Of a stretch of 64,000 nucleotides of DNA, positions 18,787-27,879 are shown one piece after another. Location of the stretch: the NCBI GenBank assembly GCA_963838445.1, contig CAWIRT010000044.1:47509-111508 (forward strand). The letters run 5' to 3'. Below the pieces are notes generated by a model, which did not search any database, was not told the DNA's origin, and worked only from the letters and a program-made list of their open reading frames with translations. Origin of the DNA: an uncultured Acidobacteriaceae bacterium (lineage in GTDB: Bacteria > Acidobacteriota > Terriglobia > Terriglobales > Acidobacteriaceae). Each line of letters opens with the position of its first letter. Position 1 is the stretch's first letter. The position numbers and the translations under genes are program-made.

Positions 18787-21549
18787 TCACGGCCGCTCAG
18801 ATTCGGGATACGCAAGCCGCAGGGCGATTTGCGTATCCGGGTGATTCGAGCCAAGGGTAGCTTGCAGATGTTCGGCCGCTGCACGAAATGCGGTTTGGGC
18901 CTCCTCAGACCTGCGCAGGGCTTGCAGGGCGCGCCCATGCGCCAGGTAGACACGCCCCATGTTGCTCGAGTGCGCTCCCACCTGCGTGGAGGATTGCAGC
19001 AGGCCCACGGCCCTGGCCGCGTCCGCCGCGGCTTTGTCTCGCTCCCCCAGATCGAGCTCGACCGCCGAGCGGCGCGCCAGCAGAATCGGTAGATAGGCTG
19101 CACATGGCCCACCGCGCCGAATCGACGCTTCATCGATCTCGACCGCCTGGTTCGCGAAACGCGAGGCCGTGGAGGGATCTCCCTCCGCCTGCGCGAGGAG
19201 TGCCTTATCAGAAGCGAGGGATGCGAACGCATAATGCTTCGGCGGCAGCAGGCGCCGGAGCCTCGGCTCCAGGCTGGCTAATAACAGATTCGCGCGAGCG
19301 AAATCGTGCCGATCGCGGTACACCCGCGCCCGCTGCAGATCCGCCTGGCCAATGAGAATCTGATCGCCGGCCCGTTGCGCCTTGCTAGACGCGCGTTCCG
19401 CATAGTCGGCCGCCTCGGTGAAGCGCCCCAGCTCGCGTAAAACGCCGGCATAGTTGTACAGCAGAACCGGTGAGACAGCATCTTCCGTCTGGTTCGCACG
19501 GCTGATATCGATGGCCCGGCGATAGGTCTTTTCCGCTTCCAATGGCAGCCCGGCATAGGTCAAGGTAAGTGCCCAGTCATTGAAGAGTTTGACCGCTTTC
19601 TGGGTCTCATCGTATCCCAGACTCCTCATGAGAGCGCTTGCCCTCTCAAATGCGGCGTTCGATTCAGAAAATTGGCCAGCATCCCCGTAGACGCCACCCA
19701 GGTTCACCAGGACGTTAGGTTCTTGAAGATCCGAGACAGCCGGCGACTCTTTGAGAGCATGCTCGGCCGCCCGGGCCCGCGCAATGGCTTTTGTGGAATC
19801 ACCACTGCGATAAGCGACTTCGCTCCCGCGCAGAAAACAGAAGGCGCGAGCTGGGGCCAACTCCGGCTCGTCGTTGAGCTCGTGCAAGCCCTGTTGGAAA
19901 AGTGACTCCGCTTGCGCTAACTCCCCCAGGGGCACCAGGGCTCCCGACAAAACGCAGGAAGCCTTGGCGCGAATAGATCGCTCTTTCAACCCGCGCGACA
20001 GCTGATAAGCCTGCTCGAGCACACGCCAGGCTTTCTCATTTTCCTCTTCACCGGAGTATTGGTCGCCAATCGATAGCAATAGTTCCACATGATTGGCTGC
20101 GTTGTCATAGTGCTCCCGTTCAACGATGTGCTCCTCCAGTTCAAGAAGCTGATTTACGGTGACCGGCTTGCCCATCGGAGCTACATCGGTAAGCAGAAGT
20201 TCGTTAAGATCGCTGATCCGCTCAGCGCGAGCAAACTGGCGTACCGCTAAATCACGCTGCGTACGCGTTGTCCGCCCTTGCATCCATGTAGCCGCCGCAC
20301 CGGCAGTCGTGGCTATGAATGCAAGCGTCGCAAGCGCCACCGCAGTCCGGTTTCGGCGAACAAACTTGACCACTCGATAACTTAAAGTGTCGGGGCGGGC
20401 GCGGATTGGCTCATTACTCAGATATCTGCGCAGATCATCCGCCAGGGCCGTGACTGAGGAGTATCGTTCCGCTGGGTCCTTCTTCAACGTCTTCGCGATA
20501 ATCGTGTCGAGATCTCCGCGCAATGAGCGGCGAAGCCTCTCCGGCGTGGTGGAACGTCGAGCGGCATTTTCGCGGGCGAGTCCCCAACTGGCCCGTGATG
20601 GGCTCAACGCGTCCGACGGGCGCCCAGGTTCTGTATCGACGATCGCCCTCATCAGGTCAGTGGGCGTGTGAGGTCCCGGCCCGTTGGGATGCTGTCCGGT
20701 CAACAGCACGTAGAGCAAAACTCCCAGAGCATAAACATCCGTCGCCGTGGTAATTGCCTCCGCCTTCAGTTGCTCGGGGGCCGCATACTGGGGCGTCATC
20801 GCCCGCTGGCCTTCCACGGTAATCTGCGTCTGTTCTCCTGCGTGTTCTTCGCTCTCCAACAACTTGGCAATGCCGAAATCGAGCAGCTTAACCTGACCGT
20901 CGTTTCGGACCAGTACATTCGAGGGCTTCAGGTCGCGATGAACAATAAGATTGGCGTGCGCCTTCGCGAGCGCCTCAACCACGTCGAGAAACAGCACAAT
21001 GCGCCCGCGGATATCCAGTCGATGGTGATCGCAATAGAGATCGATGTGTTCGCCCTCCACGTAGTCGAGGACCAGGTAAGGCTGCCCAGCCGGCGATACC
21101 CCCGCATCGAGCAATTGCGCTATGTGCGGATGAACCAGGAGGCCGAGTATCTTCCCCTCCCGTTTGAAGCGCCCTTCGCCGTCATTCCCCATCAGTGCGA
21201 GGTTGAGAAACTTCACCGCAACCCGGCGCTCAAATCGTCCGTCACTCCGTACCGCAAGCCAAACGCTGCTCATTCCCCCTTGGCCAATCTGCGATACCAA
21301 CCGGTAGACGCCCAGCGATTGCCCGGCCAACGTGGCCGCACTCGGAAAATGGACCGAATGCTTCTCCAGAAAGCCCTCATCAACTAGGGCGCGATGCTCG
21401 TAGAGAAGAGTCTCCAATTGATTCACCAGCGTTGGATCCCCGATACGCAAAGTAGAGAGCCAACTTGCGCGTTCGTCTTCGCTCATGCCGAGCACTTCAT
21501 CCAGGTATGGGCTCAGTGCCTGCCACTGATCTGGCTCCAGCCTACGCAT
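18787..21549 (-). CDS. membrane-anchored Ser/Thr protein kinase with C-terminal TPR repeats
   Basis: Hanks kinase motifs: GQGGMSSVWLA, VAVKFL, HRDLKPSNVLV, DFGIAKL, APEQ. One TM segment (AVALATLAFIATTAGAAATWM), then ~450 aa of TPR-like repeats. The ATG at 21549 overlaps the sigma-factor stop by 8 nt. Confidence 0.85.
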   Translation of the reverse strand: MRRLEPDQWQALSPYLDEVLGMSEDERASWLSTLRIGDPTLVNQLETLLYEHRALVDEGFLEKHSVHFPSAATLAGQSLGVYRLVSQIGQGGMSSVWLAVRSDGRFERRVAVKFLNLALMGNDGEGRFKREGKILGLLVHPHIAQLLDAGVSPAGQPYLVLDYVEGEHIDLYCDHHRLDIRGRIVLFLDVVEALAKAHANLIVHRDLKPSNVLVRNDGQVKLLDFGIAKLLESEEHAGEQTQITVEGQRAMTPQYAAPEQLKAEAITTATDVYALGVLLYVLLTGQHPNGPGPHTPTDLMRAIVDTEPGRPSDALSPSRASWGLARENAARRSTTPERLRRSLRGDLDTIIAKTLKKDPAERYSSVTALADDLRRYLSNEPIRARPDTLSYRVVKFVRRNRTAVALATLAFIATTAGAAATWMQGRTTRTQRDLAVRQFARAERISDLNELLLTDVAPMGKPVTVNQLLELEEHIVEREHYDNAANHVELLLSIGDQYSGEEENEKAWRVLEQAYQLSRGLKERSIRAKASCVLSGALVPLGELAQAESLFQQGLHELNDEPELAPARAFCFLRGSEVAYRSGDSTKAIARARAAEHALKESPAVSDLQEPNVLVNLGGVYGDAGQFSESNAAFERASALMRSLGYDETQKAVKLFNDWALTLTYAGLPLEAEKTYRRAIDISRANQTEDAVSPVLLYNYAGVLRELGRFTEAADYAERASSKAQRAGDQILIGQADLQRARVYRDRHDFARANLLLASLEPRLRRLLPPKHYAFASLASDKALLAQAEGDPSTASRFANQAVEIDEASIRRGGPCAAYLPILLARRSAVELDLGERDKAAADAARAVGLLQSSTQVGAHSSNMGRVYLAHGRALQALRRSEEAQTAFRAAAEHLQATLGSNHPDTQIALRLAYPESERP

Positions 21550-22216
21550 TGGATTCTCCCGGCAACTCCGATCCCATGCTATGGCGAATGTAGATGCGCG
21601 CCTTTTCCCATCTTCTTTGCACGGTGCGTTCCGAGAGCATCTGCATGGCAGCAATCTCGGCAAAAGAAAAGCCGCAGAAGAATTTCAGGTCGACCAATTG
21701 GGCAAGGGCCGGCTCACTCTTTGCCATTTGCTCCAGTACATCATTGATCAGCAATAGCTCCTTCGCGTCGACGGGCTTTCCGATCAGTTCGGGTTGCAGC
21801 GAAGTTATCTCGAATTCGCCACCATATTTGAGCGCGCTGTGTCTCCTGGCATGATCGATAATAAGTCCCCGCATCACCCGCGCGGCGTATCCCATGAAGC
21901 GCGCACGATCAGGGAACGAGGGGCCATCGCCGGCCGCCATGTCGAGATAGGTCTCATGCAAAAGTGTCGTAACGCTTAAGCTGTCAGGGATCCGCCTTCG
22001 CGCCAGTTGCCGTTTTGCCAACAAATGCAGTTCAGAGTACAAGGTGCTGAACAGAGCGTCGGTCGGTAAATACTCAGCGCTTTCAGCCGCGCTGGTGAGC
22101 GGGTAGGTCGTCGACTCCAAGGTGTCCTCCTGAGAAACGAAATATCTGGGCCGCTCAAGAGGGTTGGCTGGTATCGTGGCTGCAGAAATGCGCCATCCCT
22201 GGTTGCGGCTTATCAC
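21542..22216 (-). CDS. ECF-type sigma-70 factor of the kinase-associated (TIGR02999-like) class
   Basis: LFSTLYSELHLLAKRQLARRR...TTLLHETYLDMA (region 2) and FCGFSFAEIAAMQMLSERTVQRRWEKARIYI (region 4 HTH). GTG start. No anti-sigma gene is adjacent; the next gene is a kinase. Confidence 0.8.
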   Translation of the reverse strand: MISRNQGWRISAATIPANPLERPRYFVSQEDTLESTTYPLTSAAESAEYLPTDALFSTLYSELHLLAKRQLARRRIPDSLSVTTLLHETYLDMAAGDGPSFPDRARFMGYAARVMRGLIIDHARRHSALKYGGEFEITSLQPELIGKPVDAKELLLINDVLEQMAKSEPALAQLVDLKFFCGFSFAEIAAMQMLSERTVQRRWEKARIYIRHSMGSELPGESNA

Positions 22217-22538
22217 CCCTCATCGAGGGTGCCAGCAAACAAGTTCCAATCATACCGCTTAGTCATTCATCAGTTGTCACATAATTGTCATTAATAGCCA
22301 GATTTGTGAGGTTTAGGGCAACCTCACCTGCGCAATATGCAAAGCGCTTTGACAGGTACTCCGTCAAGCAAGGAAATGACTTCGATTTTCCACAGATTAC
22401 ATGTCGCTTTTCGTTGGCGGATTTCGATCTTGATAAGCAGAGACGGCCAAAGTGATCGCGGCCGGGTCAAAAAACTTGGCTGGAAGGTCGAACTACCATC
22501 CAAAGAATCATAAAAAAACATTGATAAAGGAGCGGCAC

Positions 22539-22883
22539 ATGTACGACATGGAAAGGTTGAAAAACCTGAGCTTCCTTGGTAACGGGGCGACAAAAGCGAT
22601 GAGCACATTCTGGGCATTCGACAAAGCAGCCTTGGCCGACGGCGCAGTCCCCAAAAAATACAAGGAACTCATCGGGCTGGCCGTCGCGTTAACAACCCAA
22701 TGTCCCTACTGTCTGGAATTGCACCGCTGTGCGGCGGAAGCTGCAGGTGCGACCCGGGAGGAATTGGCGGAGACAGCGATCGTAGCGGCCGCCCTCCGTG
22801 CTGGGGCAGCCCTCACCCACGCAGCGCCCTTGATCGATAACCAGAGCGACGAGCGAGTAGACCAGAGGAGGCGAACGGGCTGA
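22539..22883 (+). CDS. carboxymuconolactone decarboxylase (AhpD-like) family protein
   Basis: AAAGGAG precedes the ATG at 22539. CxxC motif in TTQCPYCLELH, typical of the CMD/AhpD fold. Confidence 0.75.
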   Translation: MYDMERLKNLSFLGNGATKAMSTFWAFDKAALADGAVPKKYKELIGLAVALTTQCPYCLELHRCAAEAAGATREELAETAIVAAALRAGAALTHAAPLIDNQSDERVDQRRRTG

Positions 22884-22962
22884 CGCCGATGCGTCTACTC
22901 TAAGCTATAGGGGCGTGTTCTATCGGCCAGGGTCAGGTTGAGCGTGATTGAGCATCGCAGTT

Positions 22963-23886
22963 CTAAATAGCACGGGGTTGCAACAGCGTCGGCGACGATG
23001 TCTCCTGCAACTTTGCTTTCAGGATTTCCTGAAATGCCTGCATGCCAGGGGAAATCCATTTGTCTTTGTGCCAAACCATGTGGGTTGCGATGCTCATCTT
23101 TGCGCCATGCCAATTCATAACCGTGAACTGCTTCTTCTTGAGTTCGCAAGCGATCACGATCTCCGGCAGGAGGCCGATGCCCATCCCCGCAAGCACACAC
23201 TGTTTGATCGCTTCTACGCTGGAGAACTCCGTGACGTGCTGGGGCCTTACCTTTGCTGATTCCAGCTGCATATCGAGCTTTTTACGGTATCCGCAGCCAG
23301 CCTCGGTCAAGAGCAGAGTCTGATCCGAAAGATCTTTCGGATACACCTTCTTTGCGTTGGCCAGCGGATGATCCGGCGTAGCAAACAGATAGATGTCTTC
23401 GCTACGCAATTTAATGGAACTCAGTTGGTCCCCTGAAACCAGGTCTTTCATGCTGATGGCCAGGTCCAGTTTGCCACTTTCCAGTTCGTCAGCCAGTTTG
23501 TTGTCCGAATCAGGGCGAAAGATAAGTTCCACTCTGGGGTAACGCTTCCGGAAGAGTTTCAACACCTCCGGCAAACGATAGGTGAGCACGCTCTCGGGCG
23601 CGCCGATGTGCAATGGGCCAGCCGGTTCGGCGCCAAACTTCACTGCGCGATAGCCCTCATCCATCGTCGCCAACGCCTTTTCTGCATAGGGGCGGAAACG
23701 GTGACCGGCCTCCGTAAGAACCACCCGCTTCGCCAAGCGGTCAAAGAGTGGAGAACCCAGTTCCGCTTCGAGCGATTTGATCTGCGAGGTCACATTGGAT
23801 TGGACGGTATAGACCCGTTCCGCCGTGCGCGTGAAGTTCAACTCTTCCGCCAGAACACAAAACGTTTGCAGCTGCCGCACTTCCAT
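22963..23886 (-). CDS. LysR-family transcriptional regulator
   Basis: N-terminal HTH (MEVRQLQTFCVLAEELNFTRTAERVYTVQSNVTSQIKSLEAELG) plus a LysR substrate-binding domain; 307 aa. Confidence 0.9.
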   Translation of the reverse strand: MEVRQLQTFCVLAEELNFTRTAERVYTVQSNVTSQIKSLEAELGSPLFDRLAKRVVLTEAGHRFRPYAEKALATMDEGYRAVKFGAEPAGPLHIGAPESVLTYRLPEVLKLFRKRYPRVELIFRPDSDNKLADELESGKLDLAISMKDLVSGDQLSSIKLRSEDIYLFATPDHPLANAKKVYPKDLSDQTLLLTEAGCGYRKKLDMQLESAKVRPQHVTEFSSVEAIKQCVLAGMGIGLLPEIVIACELKKKQFTVMNWHGAKMSIATHMVWHKDKWISPGMQAFQEILKAKLQETSSPTLLQPRAI

Positions 23887-23965
23887 TCTGCAATCTCCTT
23901 TTGAGATCGGTTCGATGATAACAATCTATTGGACGGATGTATATCTCAGGCGGAAACTCAAGCCT

Positions 23966-24613
23966 ATGAGCTTACTTCAGTTTCAGCATCGGCAAATCAG
24001 TGGAGCGACGCTCGGCATCCTCTTTACCCTGCTGCTGGGCTTCGCTCCTGCTCGTCCTTCGCATGCACAGGAATCCCAAACGACGCTCGTCTTCTATGCG
24101 CAATCGAAAGTGAGCGAGGATCTGTGGCCGCTACTATTCCAGATACTGCGCACTGATCTGGCCAATGGGGCCGGTGAATTGCCGAATGGCCTGGTTTTAG
24201 ACAGGAAGGCGGCCTTAGTCCGTGGGACCGACGATCTGCGAGGAATCCTCTTCTCCAAGGTTATTTCAGTGAAGTTACTGGGCCGTTGCGACGTGCTCCC
24301 CCAAACGGACCATCCATCATCGAGGGGCCCGCTTGGTTGGGTGCCGCTGGTCTCCGGAAAAATCCAGCCCTTCGTTTCCATCGATTGCACCCGTCTCGCC
24401 CAGGTGCTCCGTCCTACCGCCGCCAGTTTGGACAAGCAAGCCCGCGAGGACGTGATGGCGCAAGCGATCGCCCATGTCCTGATCCATGAGTGGAGCCATA
24501 TTGTGACGCAAAGTTCTGCGCACAGTTCGCGCGGCATCACCCAGGCCTATCTGTCTGTAAACGATTTGATCGCGGAGCCAAAAAATAACCACTTGTCCGC
24601 TGCCATCCACTAG
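23966..24613 (+). CDS. small secreted protein with an HExxH motif (putative zinc metallopeptidase-like), divergent from the LysR gene
   Basis: Signal-like N-terminus ATLGILFTLLLGFAPARPSHAQ. Motif AIAHVLIHEWSHIV (HEWSH). The start is uncertain (23915 or 23966). Confidence 0.45.
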   Translation: MSLLQFQHRQISGATLGILFTLLLGFAPARPSHAQESQTTLVFYAQSKVSEDLWPLLFQILRTDLANGAGELPNGLVLDRKAALVRGTDDLRGILFSKVISVKLLGRCDVLPQTDHPSSRGPLGWVPLVSGKIQPFVSIDCTRLAQVLRPTAASLDKQAREDVMAQAIAHVLIHEWSHIVTQSSAHSSRGITQAYLSVNDLIAEPKNNHLSAAIH

Positions 24614-24680
24614 CTACCGCACGCGGCTGAGCACAGCTGCGTGGCTGCCATCATCGGGATCGGCGCCTCTCGACAGGCTT

Positions 24681-25172
24681 CTAAGCTTCCTCCGCCTGCG
24701 CCGCCAATTTGTGCAACTCTTCGCGGGTAAAGCCTTCTTCGAGCAGAAACACAACCGCATCGTGGAATCGCTTCTCCCGGTTCCTTGTCTCTTTGCCCGC
24801 AAAATAGTCCGCGACATACTGCTTTGCTCTGGCATCGCCTCGATGCCCACAGGCTCTTATCCTGTCATGAAGAAAGGAATTCAGAGTTTCTTCACTGGTT
24901 TCTGCGTCGATCGTTCCATCGATCACACGGTCCAGGTCCGCACGTTCCTTTCCAGCAAACAGAAGGGAAAACGCTGCGCCAAAAAACCTCGCCCCGGTAG
25001 AGAGTCCGTCATGCTTTTTCAACTCGAGAGCGCAGCGCCGATTCCACTCGTGATATTCCCGCTGGTTCCTTTTTGCTGCATCTGGCCATGCGGCCTCTTT
25101 TTCTTGTTGATGGGTAGTTAACGGGACTTGTGGTTGAGTTGCCTCGAGCGCCTGATTCTTTGCGGTTGCCAT
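24681..25172 (-). CDS. hypothetical protein
   Basis: 163-aa ORF with GGGGAGGG 5 nt upstream of the ATG. No recognisable motif. Confidence 0.45.
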   Translation of the reverse strand: MATAKNQALEATQPQVPLTTHQQEKEAAWPDAAKRNQREYHEWNRRCALELKKHDGLSTGARFFGAAFSLLFAGKERADLDRVIDGTIDAETSEETLNSFLHDRIRACGHRGDARAKQYVADYFAGKETRNREKRFHDAVVFLLEEGFTREELHKLAAQAEEA

Positions 25173-26178
25173 AAAGCCCTCCCCGCACCAGTCTAACGCC
25201 GAACTGCAGAGAGGGAATAATACAAACGTTGTATCGTTAGGCCAGGACGCCCGCTCAAACCCCGTTCCTTCACCAGTGCTGACAGATTCGGCGGCGCAAG
25301 ATTCGCGAAACTACAAGTGTATGTTAATTTTCGTTAATTTTCGCCACAACGCAATAATTTCTGTTGATAAAGGAATGACTGCGTTTGGCCACATGGAACC
25401 ATCGCCCGCTATTCACAAGAGGCTAGGAGCGTTAAAGGACACCAGCATGGGCCTGAACTGGCCTGGCGGCGTCATTCGGAATCCGGAGACGGTTCCCCGC
25501 TTTACCTGGCTGGGTCGAACATGTTTTGCCGTCCGGCCTCGCATCTATAAACACGAAGGCCCCGGGCTAACCTCAATTTTTCGATGCGCACCTACATTTC
25601 CTTCAGGAACGGTCTCGCTTTACAGGCCCGCCCTCAACAACTCCCAGAGACTCCGAACCTATTCGCCCCGTGCCCGTAAACCGAAGACCAGACTGCGCAC
25701 TCGGCCAATTCCCGCCGAACTCCTCTTGTCGGCACGCAGGCGCTTCCTCGCCTGCCATGCCAGCGCCTCCTCCGGAGTAGGAGAAGGCTTTTTCGGGAAT
25801 GCCTTCTCATAGCGATCAATTGCGAATTGAATTTCCAGTATGTCCCTGGGAGTGATAGTCATTCGAGCGCCGTCCCTTCTCGTAACGGTCATTATTGTGA
25901 TCGACCGTCCGCGATCGTAGTAGGCTGCACGCACTTACTAGCAGGCTGACTGCCAACCAGTGCTTGTTGCGTACCAGAGCCTCGCAGCTTTTTATGCCAC
26001 TTCTCAAAGCTGCGCTTTACATAGGGGGATATCTGTACTGTACACCTTAGACAAACCGCATCCGATGAACGTTTTAGATTGCAGACATGGGCTCCGCCCC
26101 TCTTGAATTAGGGTCGTCCAGAGCCACTTACTGATAAGTTGCGCTGCTGAACGGCCGGAGTGCGGCAAGTTGCATGTT

Positions 26179-26215
26179 CAGTAATTTCTGTTTGTACAGA
26201 AATTACTGATATAAT
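26179..26215 (+). promoter_or_regulatory. 13-bp perfect inverted repeat (operator) overlapping an extended -10 promoter; the transcript is probably leaderless
   Basis: Arms cagtaatttctgt (26179-26191) and acagaaattactg (26196-26208) with a 4-nt spacer. TGATATAAT at 26207-26215 matches the extended -10 consensus. The ATG at 26222 lies 7 nt after the -10, with no Shine-Dalgarno. Confidence 0.5.
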
Positions 26216-26221
26216 AAACAC

Positions 26222-26767
26222 ATGCAGCTCACCGACTCTATGAAGCAATTCATCTTGCACTGGGGCGAAATGGGCACCCGCTGGGGGGTCAATCGCACCG
26301 TCGCTCAGGTGCACGCGTTGCTCTACCTCTCTCCGGAATCCCTCACCGCGGAGGATATCGCCGATACTCTTTCCGTTGCCCGTTCCAATGTCAGCACCAG
26401 CCTCAAGGAATTGCAGAACTGGAACCTGGTGCAGGTCGACAGCCGCATCGGCGACCGTCGAGATTTCTTTGAGACCTCCGCCGACGTCTGGACGCTCTTC
26501 CTTACAGTCGTCGAGCAGCGGGTCGAACGCGAGATCATTCCTACACTCACCATGTTGCGGCGATGCGCCATCGAAGCCCAGGCTGAGCGCCCCTCCCAGC
26601 CTACGGTCACTGCCCGCATCACTGCCATGCAGGCCTTTCTGGAGGAGCTCTACGGGTGGTATGCCCAGATCAAGAAGTTACCGCCCGCCAGCATGCGCTC
26701 GCTGATCAACATCGGCAGCGGCATCACTCGAATATTGCCAAAAGCCCGGAGACGGAGGTTGGACTGA
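26222..26767 (+). CDS. MarR/GbsR-family winged-helix transcriptional regulator
   Basis: FILHWGEMGTRWGVNRTVAQVHALLYLSPESLTAEDIADTLSVARSNVSTSLKELQNWNLV is a GbsR/MarR-type wHTH. The stop overlaps the next start (TGATG). Confidence 0.75.
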   Translation: MQLTDSMKQFILHWGEMGTRWGVNRTVAQVHALLYLSPESLTAEDIADTLSVARSNVSTSLKELQNWNLVQVDSRIGDRRDFFETSADVWTLFLTVVEQRVEREIIPTLTMLRRCAIEAQAERPSQPTVTARITAMQAFLEELYGWYAQIKKLPPASMRSLINIGSGITRILPKARRRRLD

Positions 26768-27672
26768 TGCCTGCCCTTCAGACGCCTCTACTGCCCGCAA
26801 CCCAAACTCATTCTGTCAGCTTTCAACGCTACTACGAGGAGGCTGGACCGGACTATGCATCCTGGAGCCCTGGATTCAACATGCACTTCGGCTTCTTCCG
26901 TTGGGGCATGAACCCCTTCAACCGGGAGGCCATGCTGGAGCAGATGAACCAGGAAATACTGCGTCGTTTGCATCCCACGGATCAATCTCCGGCACGCGAA
27001 CCCGTGCGCGTTCTCGACATGGGTTGCGGTCTTGGCGCCACCCTGCGCAGCTTCGCCCGCAGTCTTCCCCAGGCCGATTTGCATGGGATCACCCTCGTCC
27101 CGTGGCAGTTGGAGCAAGGCCGACAGCTAAACCAAGCCTGCCCCGAAGGCAGGCGCATCACTCTGGCTCTCGGCGACTACGAACAGACCGCCCAGCCCTC
27201 CGCGTCCTTCGACGCCGTGTACGCGCTCGAAAGCAGCTGCTACGCCCACGGCGCGGATAAACGCGAGTTCCTTGTGGAGGCGCATCGGCTCCTGCGACCC
27301 GGCGGCCGTATCGTTGTGGCCGACGGCTTCCGCGGGCGAGGCAAATTGCGAGGCCCGCAAAAAGCCATTTACCGCAAGGTCTGTGACTGCTGGGTCATCG
27401 ACACCCTGGCTGAAGTGGACCAATTCACCTGCGCGCTCGAGCGCATCGGCTTCCGGGAGATTGTGGTCGAGCGGATGCAGGCACGCGTGACGCCCTCCGT
27501 CTTCCACGTTCCCTGGGTTACTCTCAAATTCCTGCTCACCACCGTCTTGTTCGGTGAGCGCAGAATGACCCTTGCTCGCTGGAATAATGTACTGGCCCCG
27601 ATTCTTTTGCCATTCGTCGGTTTTCCTCTGGGTCCAATTGCCTACTACATCATCAGTGCGACCCGTATTTGA
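26767..27672 (+). CDS. class I SAM-dependent methyltransferase with a hydrophobic C-terminal tail
   Basis: Motif I VLDMGCGLGA. Post-I/II regions LRPGGRIVVAD. C-terminal LAPILLPFVGFPLGPIAYYII. The ATG at 26767 overlaps the regulator's stop. Confidence 0.75.
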   Translation: MPALQTPLLPATQTHSVSFQRYYEEAGPDYASWSPGFNMHFGFFRWGMNPFNREAMLEQMNQEILRRLHPTDQSPAREPVRVLDMGCGLGATLRSFARSLPQADLHGITLVPWQLEQGRQLNQACPEGRRITLALGDYEQTAQPSASFDAVYALESSCYAHGADKREFLVEAHRLLRPGGRIVVADGFRGRGKLRGPQKAIYRKVCDCWVIDTLAEVDQFTCALERIGFREIVVERMQARVTPSVFHVPWVTLKFLLTTVLFGERRMTLARWNNVLAPILLPFVGFPLGPIAYYIISATRI

Positions 27673-27879
27673 AAGGTCCGGTCGACTCGCGCCAAAGCTA
27701 CCGTCGCGAACCCGCAGCGTGGTTGAAAAAGTAAGAATCCCCCCACCCTTGACTTGAGTCCACTATGTTGATATCAACGTAAACTATCGGGGTGAACCGG
27801 GAGATGATAGGCCGCAGAGTTGCGCGGCCGCCAGGCATGCCCAACCGGTGAACAATCCTCCCTCAATGAAGGACCCAGC

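Noticed and set aside
25659-25934. 91-aa ORF (internal start MTITPRDILEIQFAIDRYEKAF...) as a small regulator or antitoxin-like gene
   Set aside because: It is short, has no partner gene and no recognisable fold, and its Arg-rich tail looks non-coding. It is kept out of the feature list.
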